Positions 29,301 to 43,180 of a stretch of 64,000 bases of DNA are shown piece after piece (the stretch's first letter is position 1; each line of letters opens with the position of its first letter). The DNA is taken from NCBI GenBank assembly GCA_002104945.1, contig MCFH01000056.1, forward strand, positions 248,001 through 312,000. The letters are read 5' to 3'. The stretch comes from Piromyces finnis finn. Lineage: Eukaryota > Fungi > Neocallimastigomycota. Below the pieces are notes generated by a model that had not been told where the DNA came from, searched no databases, and saw nothing but the letters and a program-made list of their open reading frames with translations. The translations under genes were made by a program, and so were the position numbers.

Positions 29301-30024
29301 GAATTTAGTATCCAGAAATGTTCAATGATGATAATTCGTCTTGAATCAATAGGAAATCAGAACAAGAGAGATCCAACATTTTACTTAGCAAGAAAACCCA
29401 TTCCAACTACTTATTGCTACACTTATCTTGGTGTTCCAATTGATAAGAATCTCTCCCTTAAACCAGTTATTAAAACTCTTAATAACAAGGTTTTGAAAGA
29501 ACTTTTTTCAGTCAGTAAATTCTTGAGAAGGGTTAACCCCTAATATTCCTATTCCTTTCAAAAAGCTAGTACTTAACTCCCAAGTAATTAGTAGAGTTTC
29601 ATACTTTACATCATTACTTGGATCCAACAAACCTAGGTCTAGGAATGCTCAGAAGCATGTTAACAAAGGAATATGATGGGTTGCCGGAGTTCATAAAGCT
29701 GTATCGTTTATATCTTAATATTCTATCTCAAAAGATTTGAATATTCCTCCATTGTCAGCCAAATGCGCATTAGCTCAGATTAGATGTTTTAACAAGTGGA
29801 AAAACTCGAATTGTATTATCTCACACCTTGTCAATTACATTCTTAAATTTAGAAAATATACAAATCAAGTAGGACACTTGATAAAAAATTAAAGAAGCAT
29901 GGAGATGTTAAAGCAGTTAAAAATTTTATTGGAAAGATCTCAAAAGTAATTCCAACAGTCCTATCAGTAATTATAAAAATGTTAATAAGAGTAGATATAG
30001 TAACAATAATAATAATAATAATAA

Positions 30025-30076
<52 letters not shown>

Positions 30077-30560
30077 GTAGTAGTAGTAGTAGTAGTAGAA
30101 GTAATAATAGTAGTAATAGCAAAAGTGAAGATAATAATTCTAATTTAGATAGCAATTTAGTTAATAATAGTAATAGTTCTAATAATCGGGTGAATAATAA
30201 TGTGTATGATTATTCTAGTGTGTGCAGTAAAATATTTAAATTCCTTATTGGAGGAAGAAGTTTTAACAACATTAATTGCAATTCAAGGAATGGAAAGAAC
30301 TTTACAAGTGCCAGCTTCAATCGAGCACTTAAAAAGGAATATCATTATTGACGGTAACAGCGGAACTTCTAACCAAGATCATGCCTTTTGTTATTGATCA
30401 GTAATGGTCAATGTTCAAAAGGTTTGAAGCAACATCCAAGAGCGTCAATGCTGAAGAAACAGTAAGACAGGCCAGGAGGGCCAACGCAACCAATGGAGAT
30501 CATAATTTTGATCCATGATAAAATTTTGATCATTGACTCGGTGTCCCATTGAAAATCAAA
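26335..30560 (+). mobile_element. Near full-length degenerate LINE (APE endonuclease + RT)
   Basis: RNINGW..CFQE, IIVGNFNM, NIDHALV, SNH endonuclease motifs; RT with YRGITL, QFGFR, FLDLRKAYD, GVRQGCPLSP, LFADD, YLGV; many stops; AAT/AGT expansion at 29990-30200. Confidence 0.92.
28689..29543 (+). pseudogene. LINE reverse transcriptase core (longest surviving ORF)
   Basis: Non-LTR RT motifs as listed for the element; flanked by in-frame stops. Confidence 0.9.
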
Positions 30561-30766
30561 TACAATTATTGTACTTTAGTATAACAGTGACTTTCTTACT
30601 TTAATTAAAATTACTAGAATACATTATACCAAATTTTTATTCATTTGTGTTTATTTAAACATTTTTTTTTTTTTAATTTTTTTAAATAATATGTATTATA
30701 ATTTTAATTATATTAATAAAGTTTATAATTATTTGATAATTTATAAAAAAAAATAAAATAAAATAA

Positions 30767-30769
<3 letters not shown>

Positions 30770-30843
<74 letters not shown>

Positions 30844-30860
30844 TAATAATAATAATTTAT
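30770..30860. repeat. (AAT)n microsatellite
   Basis: Direct reading of the sequence. Confidence 0.95.
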
Positions 30861-31859
30861 TTATAATTTTTAAATATATATTTAAACTTTTTGAAAATTA
30901 AAACGAAAATAAATAAATAGTTTTTTTTTTTTTTTTTTTTTTTCGAATGCTTTTGTTATATTTTATTTATTAATTTCATGTCTTTATATTGACAAAATTT
31001 TTTATTTAATTATTTTTTTATACTATTTATCATTAAAATTGATGAAACTAAATCTATTATTTTTGTTGCAGTCTAAATTATAAAACTTCAGATACGAGTA
31101 ACATTACTCTTCACAAGTGCTTATTATATAAATCATTTAATTGTATTTGAAATAATTGTATCTCCATTGCTTATGAATTTAATTTTATTTCTATTTTTTA
31201 TATTATATTATTTTCATCAATAGTATAAATAAATTTATTGAATCTGAGAATATGAAAAATAGTTTTATAATAGAATATTTTAGTTTTTATATTTAAAAGC
31301 CACTACTTTTATTATTATTATTATTATTATCATTAATATAAACAAATAAATGAATAAATAAAAAGAAACATGTTGAGAGTTTCATATAGATATCTAATAA
31401 TTAATCTTTTCCCTTTCAATATTTTTAAAAAAGCTTATTTTATATTCAATGTTATATTTTCTGTAAATTGGAATATTTAAAATTAATATAATTTATTGAA
31501 AACATATAATCCAATATCCAAGCCCAATAGAAAAAATAAATACCAAAAATTAATTTATTTTTTTTTAAACTAGGAAGATAATACACTACTTGTATTTATT
31601 TATTTATTTATTTATTTATTTGTAACATTTCATTATATTAGGTGATAATACATATTTATATAATAATAAATAAAAATAATAAAATATATATATATATAAA
31701 TATAAATATAAAATAAAATAAAATGATTATTAAAGTTGCATAAAAGTTCAATGAATTCTACAATTTGTACTTTGGGAGATTGGTCACTGACTAATATATT
31801 AAATGAAATAAAAAAAAAAAAAGAAGTAACATCAGGTTTGATAGTGTGGTGTCCATTAA

Positions 31860-32470
31860 ACTCTTCAATGAGTTCATATGTTCTTATTCAAAGAAATACT
31901 AACGTTAAACCTTGCATATATAACATTAAAAATGCACCTTTGCCATATCGGTATGACGTCAACTCTCTTGATTACATTAGATTCCTTACTAAATCTTTTA
32001 ATAAGTAACTTCATTGAGCTACTAATGAAAAGGATTGTTTTAGTAAGAAAAGCCTCAAGACCCTCTACATATTGAACATGAGACCTCAATGAACTGTAAA
32101 GCTGTCCATTCAAATGTATTTGTTCCGTCTTATCGATTTGTAGCTCATCATAAGTTAAAGTTCCACCAAAAAGAAACGTAAAAATATAGTTATAAATTGT
32201 TTTTCTTACTTCAATTTCAGGGAGTAAGTAAGTGATGAGTTGATTATTGTATTTATTAAAAAAAAAAGGGTAAAAATATCATCAATAAAGTTAAATGAAG
32301 AAATTCAGCATTCAGAGAATGCAGAACATTCCAAAATCCAATGGTAAAAAGGTTTTTCATTATATCCGCAACACGAGAAACTTTATTGCTGGTATTAGCA
32401 ATTCTGATAGTGTTTTCATAACAGCATCGAATACGAATAATCAAAGTAATTCCTAAATTTAAATGAGTTT
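31860..32470 (-). mobile_element. 3' fragment of the same LINE family as 2810-4400
   Basis: IIRIRCCYENTIRIANTSN and GLEAFLTKTI match 3800-4390. Confidence 0.85.
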
Positions 32471-32899
32471 TGTTTAGATTAAAAGCATAAATAAAAATTA
32501 TATCTATACTTACATGAATAGTTTTTCTAATGAAGCTTGAAATATTGTAAATAATTTAATATAAACTTCTCATTATTAGGAATAGAATTATCATGTTTTG
32601 GTAAATAATATCTATAATTTATAAGAGTTATACAAGAATATTCTGTATTTTAACTAGAGCATTAGGTAGTTTTAATTTTTCGAAAACGTAAAAATAACAG
32701 TATGAATACAGTAGAGATATGTCCAACACAGTAATCTTTTTTAGTAATCCCATCAATTAATAACCATCAATGTTCCAACTTAGATAAAAAGAAAAATTAT
32801 TTTTTTTTTCGAAGATTAAAAATTGTTATTATTTCTAATACTATTAATAGAGTATGAAACATTTAATTAAACAAGAATATTATTTGTATGTAAAAGCAT

Positions 32900-35800
32900 T
32901 ATCAATTATTGAATTATTATTATCTTCAATAAAATTTTAAGAATTATTAGTGGTTTGCTTAATTTAAGGTTAGTAAGTTCTTAATATTGTATTTATTCTT
33001 GTTATTTAATAATAATTATTTCAGTTTAAGATCTTATTTATCTTGTTGTTAACTTTGATTTGTTAAAATAAATTAATATTGACTTATTGAACAAAGGAAG
33101 GATAAAAAAAAAAGGTACAATTTATTTTTAAATTCATAACTAATATATAACTAAGTCATTTTTAATTCACTTTAAAGAAAATAACACGGATATATAACAT
33201 TTTCCTTTTGATAGTTTTATGTACTGTTTAAGTCTTTTTTTTTTTTTTTTTCCTTTAGAGCACGCGTTCGCCATTAATCTCTCGACAACATTTACTTTTA
33301 ATGAAATTTGAATTTACACCTTTTTTTTTAAACTTTACTAGCAAATAGTCAACTTCTTTGAGAGAATAATATAAAGTCGAATATGAATTTAGAAAAAATA
33401 AAATAGAAATTGAACTCAAACTAGAGTAAATTAAAAAAAAAAAAAAGACTTATATTTACTATTGAGAATATACAAAGAAAAATTACTATTTTAATAATGT
33501 AAATAAACAAATATGAAAATTTCTTTTAAATAAAATAATTGATGAATTGAATAATTGATGAATTGAATAATAATTGATGAATTATTATATTACATAGATT
33601 TATTAATATATTAATACATTAATACATTACATAAATTATAATACAGAATAAATAATATAGCCAAGAAAAAATTTAATACTTGATGTAAATTAAAATTAAA
33701 CCAATAATAGAAGATACGTAAGATACATCTAAGCATTTTAAGTATTGATCAAATAGTATCATTTAAATTTATCTGATACATTATTACATTATTAATTAAT
33801 TATTAATTATGTATACAGAAATTTTAAAAATAATTGTACAATTGTAAAACTATTATTCCACATTTTGCCACTAAATTTATTTATTGAAAATTCATAGAGA
33901 ATTCTTCTTTAATATAATTTAAATATATTAAAATCTCTGGTATTACAAATTATTGTTTTTTTTGTATTTTTACCTCGGTGTTATGAACTAACATTTATTT
34001 ATATTTATTATTCAACTTATATATATTTTGGTTATATTATATAATTTCTATTATTTAAAATAAATAAAATTAGTATATATTTATTATTTTAAAAAAAAAA
34101 ATATTTATTTAATATTTATTTTGAAATACAAAAAAAGACAATATTACTTTTTACTTTTTTTCCTAAAATACTTAATAAAAATATATAAAACCAATTCTCT
34201 ATAATTGTCTTTTTTCTTTAACTATATTAAATAGGTCAAAAATATCTTCCAATAATAATAATAAATATAATTAAATAAATAAATAAAATAATATATGTGT
34301 GTATATATTAATTTATATTATCTAATATAATAGAAAATATTTAAAATGATCTTTTATAGTATGGCCTATGGCTTATTATGAATTTAATTAATATAGAGTT
34401 AATATTTGAATAATAATATTATAACCAATATGACTATATAATTAAATATCAAATATTTATAATAATAGTTTCATTATGGAAAATAACAGTACAAATTTCA
34501 AAATATTATATATTTTTTGTTAATTATAAAAATAAATAAATTAATAACTTCTTTAAAATAAAAATCAACAACACATTAACATAAACTAACATAAGCATTC
34601 CTATAAAATATATAAGATATATAAAATTTTAATCCATTATTATTTTATTTAGTAAAGAGAAATAGAATTTTAAAAGAATAAAAGTTTCTATGTTTATTTT
34701 GGTTATTTATTTGATTATTAAAATATTTTTAAAATTACTTTCTTTTTAATTTTTAAAATTAGTTCAATTATATATATTATATATAATGTAAAGTAATTAT
34801 AGTTAAATGATCCATTTATTCATTTATACATACATTTCATAATATATTAAATTTTATATTAAATTTTTTTTCTTTTCTTTTTGTTTAAAATTTGAAAAGC
34901 CATTAATTTATTAATTATGAAAAACATTTATAATTATGAATTTTACAGGAATGTTTTTATACAGTTACCTTTACAATTTATTATGATTACTTTTCATAAA
35001 TTAAATATTAAAAAGATTCATTATAATTATAATAATTATTACTTGAAATATATTAAATAATAAAAATAAAATTTATATATAATTAACTTTTTTGACATTT
35101 TATTATATCACATTAATTAATTCGAGAACTAGACCGCCAGTATTAAAAGATTAAATCTTAATTAATTATAAAAATATTATTATTGTTATTATTTTAATTT
35201 TAACATGGAAGTTGAATTTCTACATAATCTTAACTTTATTATAACCAATACTTTTTAAAAAACAAAATTTTTGGTAAAGAGTAAAACTATATTTTAATAT
35301 ATTAATATATATATTTTTGAAGTTGTTTTATTAAGTTTAAAAATTTTAATTCTATTTATTTTTATTATTTTTATAATTTATAATGTATACAATAAAGCGT
35401 ACTGGCATAGAATATATTATAATTAATCCTTTTAATATATGATTTTAATATATAATTTTTAATAATAAAGGATACATAATAATATAATTATTTATTTAGT
35501 AATTTATTTACTATACTCGAACTATTTATAAAATTATAAGAGAAATATACTAAAATTCATTCATATTATAACAGTTAATCTTTTAGTTCATCATAAGTTA
35601 AATGACCATATTATTTATAAATATTATTAAAATATTTTCTATTTTCATTATTAATAATATTTTTAAATAATAATAAAAACAATAAAATATTACAATTAAA
35701 AATATGTTATTTTTTTATTTTAAAGTATATATTATATAGATTGAATTATATTTCTTTTCTCTTCGAAATATGATATGATAATGTATGGAATGTCTCAGGT

Positions 35801-37825
35801 TCTTACTATTTTTCTATTAAGAAATAAATACAAAAAAGGAAAATTTATCATATGTATATGTATTCTGGGTATGGTTTAAAAAATTTTTTTTGACATTTTT
35901 TCTAATTGCAAAATATTAATTAATAATATATATATATAATAATAATAATAATAACTTATCTAATATAGTATAATATTAATGAAAAATATAATATTACACT
36001 TTATGTTACAAAAACAATTAAAAATTATAATATAAAGTAATAAAATACATATATGTATAATTATATATAACAGTATAATAAAATGATTAAAAGTATAATA
36101 AAAAGTAATAAATATATTAATTAAAAAAAAAGTCAAATTTGAAAAAAGAATATAAAAGAATTGGATTTTGACTGTTTTTAAAACATTTATTCTTAATTTG
36201 TATTATTTATATAATTAAAAACACTCTTTATATTAAAATATATTAAATATATCAAAACACTTTAAAAAGTTTCTCATTATACTTATATTCAATATAAAAG
36301 AAAGAAACAATGAATTCAAAAGAAAGTCTTTTCAATCCCTCGAATAATTTTTTAGAATCACCTAATGGCACTCCGATTTTTAAAAGAAATTCTACATTAT
36401 CAAATGAACTTCTTAGTGATATTATAACAAATAATTATACTGAGGTATCAAGTGTTCCTTTAAGGCTTCCGGAAACCAGAGAGAGTAAAAATGACTTAAT
36501 TCAAAATATAAGTCAAAATTCAAAGCAGAGTAATAATTCAGTAAATATTAATAAATTTGTAAAAAAAAAATATAAATATATATATTATTTATTATTTTAT
36601 TTATTATATAACATATTTTATATTATAATTAATTAAAAAAATATAAAAATATTATTTTTTATTTTAAATTCAATAATTATATTTATATATATGCTATTAT
36701 AGGTATTTTCTGTTTTATCACAGCAAGACTCTCTTACAATTGAAAATACAAGTCCAATATTAAATAATATATCTCCACCATTGATGCCATTTAACGCTTC
36801 TTTTCTTAATTTACCATGTTCATCATTTAAATTGTTATCATTTAATAACAATGCCACTTCTAGTAATCACAACTCATTTATCAACGGGTCTTATTACAAT
36901 TTTTTCAAAAATCCAAATCCAAATCCAAATCCAAATATAAATTCAAATATAAATTCAAATATAAATCCAAATATAAATCCAAATATAAATCCAAATATAT
37001 ATAATTACAACAGATCAGTTAAAAAATTTTATTCAAATATAATTTCAAAAGAAAATAAACAAATAAAAAGACGTGGGAACTCAAAGGGTCATAAGCGCCC
37101 TAATTTTCCCCATAAAGTGACTAATATATTGAAAGAATGGCTTTCAAACCATTCTTTCCCTTATCCTACCATTAATGAGAAGTGTCGTCTTTGTGAGGCT
37201 ACTGGTCTAACAATGGTAGGTTATTAATTATTATTAATATTATAATTATTTTATAAAATTATTATATATATATTAACAATATTTTCTTTTTTCCTTTTTA
37301 TTCATACTACATAATACAACCTATAAATGAATGTATATTTATATAATTAAATATTGAAAATCCTTTTTATCGCCAGAATCAGGTATATATTTAAAATGAT
37401 TTTAAATTATAAATTATTATAAATTATTATAATGATATTTATTACACTTCTAATTATAAATTTTATTTTAATATTATAGATTAATAACTGGTTCATAAAT
37501 GCCAGACGCAATTATTCATAATTTAATATACTTTTATTTAAATATAGAAATAGAAAATTAAAATATTATTATTATTATACATTATTATATTAATATTAAA
37601 TTTTTCAATTACTTATTTATATATATATTAGAATGTTAATATCATATCCTTAAAAAATTAAATAATAACAATAAAATAGTGAAAATAGTAAATATTTATA
37701 TATATATATTCTTTGCAATGTAATTTTCAATCAAAAATAAATATTAATAATAAAATTATTATAGTTTACAAAATAATTATAAATACTTTTGTTATTCATA
37801 TTTGTGTGTCGTTATTGTTTCTAAA
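32900..37825 (+). repeat. Right arm of the large inverted repeat
   Basis: Reverse complement of 21705-25875 plus an extra segment. Confidence 0.95.
36310..37521 (+). CDS. TALE-like homeodomain protein HD-B', 263 aa, four exons
   Basis: Exons 36310-36540, 36703-37215, 37377-37382 (AATCAG = NQ), 37480-37521. HD reads HKRPNFPHKVTNILKEWLSNHSFPYPTINEKCRLCEATGLTM-NQ-INNWFINARRNYS. Confidence 0.9.
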
Positions 37826-37869
37826 AATATTATTGATTTTATTTTATTAATATGAAAAATTATAAAAAC

Positions 37870-37900
<31 letters not shown>

Positions 37901-37999
37901 TATAAATATTACAAAATTAACTAGTTATAAATTCATAAAGTACATTTAAAAATAAATAAAATAGGTTTTTATATTCTCAAAGTACAAAATATAAATATA

Positions 38000-38191
38000 T
38001 TTTTTTTTTAACTTCCGAGTGCATTTCTCCCATCAATCGCATCAATCAAGAGTTAGCACCAATGGTGGTTCTTAGAGAAACGTCGGCTCATTCCTATTGC
38101 TAGGTGGTTGTGACCCTCCTGGTCTGTCATACTGTTTCTTCAGCTTCGACGCTCACTTAATCCATATACATTAGATGCATGTCGTTGTACG
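38000..38191 (-). mobile_element. 5'-truncated copy of the tRNA-derived SINE
   Basis: Matches the 3' 190 bp of 43181-43723 including the poly(A) tail. Confidence 0.85.
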
Positions 38192-39744
38192 ACTCTTCTT
38201 TTTAGCAACTTTTTTCTTTTTCGTATCTTTTACCACTAATTAATTTTAAAATATAATATAAAATGTGGATTATTTTTATTTTATATTATTAAACTTTTTA
38301 AAAAATAACAAAGAAAACTTTTTAATTAAAAAATTGACCAATAAACATTCAAAATCAATAATTAAAAGATCTTTAAAAAAAGTTTACCTTTTACTAAAAC
38401 ACTACTAAATAAATTGATGAATTGTTATCTTTTAATTATATAATGTTATTATTATTAAAGCTTTATAATATTTTAATATTGGTAAATTGTATTTTAATAA
38501 GAATATTTAATATATTTTATTAACTAATTAATTAAATTAACTAATACTTAAAGTATTAGTATTAATATATTATATTGCTATTAAAAGTTTACTTTAAACT
38601 TATGTTGAGTATTTTTAATATGCCATATTATGCCATATAAATAAAAATAATATACGATTATTAAATATTTTATAGGATATACCACCAATACTTTTTAAAT
38701 TATAATATCTTAACTATATTAAATATTAATATCAAAGTATATTAAAATAATTTATAAATACTAATGGAATTTTAAAGTAAAATATAATATATGAAATCTG
38801 GTTTAACTGTAATAATACATTGTTTCAATTATTAAGTCATGTTATTCATAGTTTAAATACTAATATATGATTTGAAATATATCATTTTCCTTTATTTAAT
38901 TATAATAATAATTAATAACTTTAATAAATAATTTAATTTTTAAAAGATACATTATTTTATGGTTTTCTAATAAATAAAACATAAACAATATTTATTCAGC
39001 ATTACAATAATAATAAAATATATTAATAATAACTATTATTTTTGTAATAAGAATATAGAATAGTCACATTTATATTTTTAATATTGATAAAAAGTTTAAT
39101 ACTACTATTAAATAATCTATAAGAATTACAAAATTATTTCGTTTTTTAATTCTAATACCTTATAACTTTATTCCCATATAATATTTATCTTTTCCTTCTC
39201 TAATTCATTTTTAATACACGCTTTTAAAAAGATTTAATTTAATTAATTATTAAATTTAAAAAAAAGGAAAAAATAAATTAATTATTAATTTTTTTTTAAT
39301 AATAATAAAATATTAATAAAAAAATAAATAAATAATAAAACAAATTAAATTTATATTATTAGCTCTATTATATATATTCTTTTTAGATTAAATAGGAACT
39401 TTTAATAATATGTTTTAACTCCTTTCTTTTAAAATTTAATAACAATTATTGTAGTTAATAATTAAGAATAATAACTTTAATAAAATGTAATTTTATAAAA
39501 GATAGCAATTATAATAATGGTTTATAAAGGTATATATAAGAAGCATTTGTTTTCTTGATTATTTATTATTTTAAAATTGAATTTCATTATTCAATCCTTA
39601 TTTCAATATAGCAATCAAGAATTCAAAAAGTAGAGTTTAATAACATTTATTAAAATATTAATAAAAATATTTCTATAATATATTTAAAATTAAATTATTT
39701 TAAAAAAAGAAATATAATTTTCTATCTACATTTTACGAATCAAA

Positions 39745-39897
39745 ATGCCAAGCTCAATGTTAAATTTAGCTTTATTAAAATCTACTAGAACTGGTTCTGG
39801 AGCTATTACATATTCAAAACCAAGAAATAATATAACTAAAAATAAAGTTAAAAGTAACATTAATCCATATGTTACTTGTAGCTGTGTTGTTCAATAA
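39745..39897 (+). CDS. 50-aa CaaX peptide, candidate lipopeptide pheromone precursor
   Basis: caaaATG...TGT GTT GTT CAA TAA TGA; MPSSMLNLALLKSTRTGSGAITYSKPRNNITKNKVKSNINPYVTCSCVVQ*; visibly more GC-rich than its flanks. Confidence 0.6.
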   Translation: MPSSMLNLALLKSTRTGSGAITYSKPRNNITKNKVKSNINPYVTCSCVVQ

Positions 39898-40623
39898 TGA
39901 ACAAAAAATCAAACTAAAAAAAAAATAGTACTATCATTTATTCATAATTTTAATTTTACAAATATATAAATAAAAAAATAAAATATTTTTTCACTTTTTG
40001 TTAATTACTATAATTTCATAATTTTAAATATATTTTAAAATATTCACATGTATTCATATGTATACATGTATGTAAATTCTTTTATAATAAATTTAAATAG
40101 TAATAAAGAATTACATTTTAATTATAAAAAAAAAATAAAAAATAAAAAAATAAAATAAAATAAAAAAGAAAAGATTTATTTAATAATTAAAATAAATTTT
40201 GTGTTTTTTTATAATAAACATATAAATATTTCAATTTTACTTATTAAAAGTTATTTATTAGACAAACAAGCAAAATATTTAAAATTATTACTATTTCTTT
40301 TAATGTGTAAAGTTTAATAAAGTTATTAAATTATTAATTTGATAAAAAGTTAGACTTAAAAAATTATTAGTTAAACTAAGAAATTTAAAGTAATCATTAA
40401 AATTACTTTCAAGGTTGTTTTTTAATTTATATTTATATTTATTTTAATTATATTTTATTGCAAAAATAATATTTATTTATGAATAAGTATTACAAACTAT
40501 AATACAAACACAAAATAAATATTCAATTTTTAACTTTTTTTATAATCTTAAATTCAATGTTTTATAATTTTAAATTTAATTATATTTTAAATTTTTTATT
40601 ATAAATTTGATAATATTGAATAA

Positions 40624-41781
40624 TTAGTTTTTTTTCTTTAAAATATTAAGAACTTCGATAATTTCATGTCTATGTTTTATTTTATCTTCAGGTCTTATCA
40701 TTTCTAAATATTTAGAACATTTATTCATTTTATTTTCTTTTATCATCTTTTTCACCTTATTTATGATGAATTTATAATCATGTTTATTTTTGCCTTTGGT
40801 TTGAATAAACTTGTAACCCTCATATCTGTTGATACCATTAAAAATATTAAAATATGTTAGAATAAATATTATAAATATAATAATTTTAATTTCATTAATA
40901 ATCATATTTAATTAATTATATTATTATAATTAAATATTAAAATATTAAAATACATAAATACATAATTGTATAAATATATACATACACATATTGATGAATT
41001 ATTTTATGAATTTTTTGGCGGTGAATAAAAGCTTTCTTTACCTCATCATTTTGGCATTTCCATAATTCTCCAAAATATCTATTTAAAATTTTATAATTAT
41101 ATGGAATTGCATTATTTTGTTTAAAATAGTAGGTCAAGTATTTTTTAAAAATCATAAAACAATTTAATGGACGAGGTATTTTATTACCGTATTTTCTTTT
41201 TCCATTGAAAATAAATGATGTGTAAACAGTTGATATTTTTTGTAAAATATCTTTATCTTTCATTAAAAATTCAACATCACAATCGTTCAATTCTTCCATA
41301 AAATACAAAAGATATTCTTTATTCATTACTTTTGCTAATTTTAATATTTCAATTCTATTTGAAGCTTGTTGAATTAATTTTCTTACTTCATTTGAAAAAT
41401 CATCATTGACATTAGATGGGATATAATAATAATTATAATAATCAATTTTATTAAAAGCGTTTTTATAAACATCAATATTGATATTATTATTGCTATTACT
41501 ATTGATATTTTCATTAATATTAATAATATTATTAATATTTTGATCATAATTTGTAAAATTATTATTGATTACTTGATAATTAATATTTTGATTATAATTC
41601 AATTGATTGCAATTGACTATATTGATGATTTGGCCATTATTAATTTGATTAATATAGATTTGATTGTTATTAATATTATTATTATAATTAACAATAGTTA
41701 AATAGGAATTGCAATCATCATAATTATAATTATTGCTATTTTTTAATGTAAATTCATTCTTGAATAAATTTTCATAATCGA

Positions 41782-41826
<45 letters not shown>

Positions 41827-42157
41827 GATTGATATTATTAATATCAATAACTGGAATGTAATTCACTTGATTATTATTATTATTTTGATAATTATTATGA
41901 ACATTGATTGTTTTCATGTTATTACCAAAATTATCAAAGATGTAGTTAGTATTAAAAGGAGGAGAGACGATATTTGGTTGGGAAGTAACCTGAATATTCT
42001 GAATATTGGTTTTAGTAAAGTTCGTCAAGGTAGGATCTAACACATCAGAGAAATTACCACTTTGAAGATTTAAAATGGAATTATTAGAATTCTTTGTACT
42101 TAACATATCAAATTGTTGATAATTAATATTATTAATGTTATTAATATCATAAAACAT
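40624..42157 (-). CDS. MATA/Sox-type HMG-box transcription factor, about 457 aa, two exons
   Basis: Exon 42157-40986 and exon 40825-40624 (phase 2, GTATGT..ACAG). HMG box KIPRPLNCFMIFKK...LNRYFGELWKCQNDEVKKAF...HKIIHQYVYEGYKF; Asn-rich N-terminus. Confidence 0.9.
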
Positions 42158-43036
42158 TTTTAATAATTTAAAAAAAAAAGGGAAAAAATAATTATTTAAT
42201 TATTAATTTATTTTCTTTTTTATTTTAAAAAAAAAGTAAAGATAAAACAGAAAAAAAATTAAAAAAAAAAAAAAAAACGAATTTATATACTTGAATTTTT
42301 AACTTTTTTTTGTGTCATCTATTTCTTTCAGAATAGTCCAATAATTCAAAAATAAAGGTATACAAATTTCGAAATAAATAAGATTTTAAACTAGTATTAA
42401 CCTTTTTAAACTTTTATTAATCAATTGTAGTTTATTTTGAAAATTGATTAATAGAAAGTTTTCTAGCAATAAACTTTATTTCTGTTTAACTATATTACAC
42501 AGTCGATTTTAACATTTTTAAAGCATTAGAGTTTAAATTTTAAAAACCTTTCTATTTTCAATTTTATAATATTTAATTATAGTTTTAAAGTAAAAAATCA
42601 ATCAAATAATTAAAGTCATTATTATGAGACATAGTACTTAAAATATAAAAAATAAAATTTAATAAGCTATTTTTATTTTTTTTTATCAGTGGGATACCTA
42701 ATTCTCACATAAAAATATTAAAGCATTAATTTAAATATTGAATTAATAAAAAAATTTATATAGATTTATAAACCTTTTTAAATGGATGTTGATTTTATTC
42801 ATTATCATTATATTTATACATAATACCTTTTCTATATATACATTTCATTAATAAATTAATAAATATTGTAAAATAAAATTTAAATAAATGCTTTTCGTTA
42901 TTAGCATGAAAAAAAATTTAACAAATTACTTTTTCATTATTTTCTTTTTTCTTTTATAATTATTATAATTATCAAAGTTTTTTTTGATCAGTAACTATAA
43001 TTAAATAAAATTTATAAAAATTTGTTGGATGACGAA

Positions 43037-43077
<41 letters not shown>

Positions 43078-43180
43078 AAAGTCTGGATAATAGTAAAAAA
43101 AAAAAAAAAAAAAGCGCTTTTAATAATTTAGATTTATAATAATAATGTAATATTCTTGGATACTTATATTTTTTTATTAT

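Noticed and set aside
25875-32900. Flip-flop mating-type switch cassette between the inverted repeats
   Set aside because: The spacer holds only LINE remnants and microsatellites, so inversion would not change which gene is expressed; no recombinase or alternative MAT gene is visible.
33235-33400. Short poly(A)-tailed retro-insert on the minus strand
   Set aside because: Poly-T plus a CpG-rich 40-mer is suggestive, but there is no second copy, TSD or motif to support a call.
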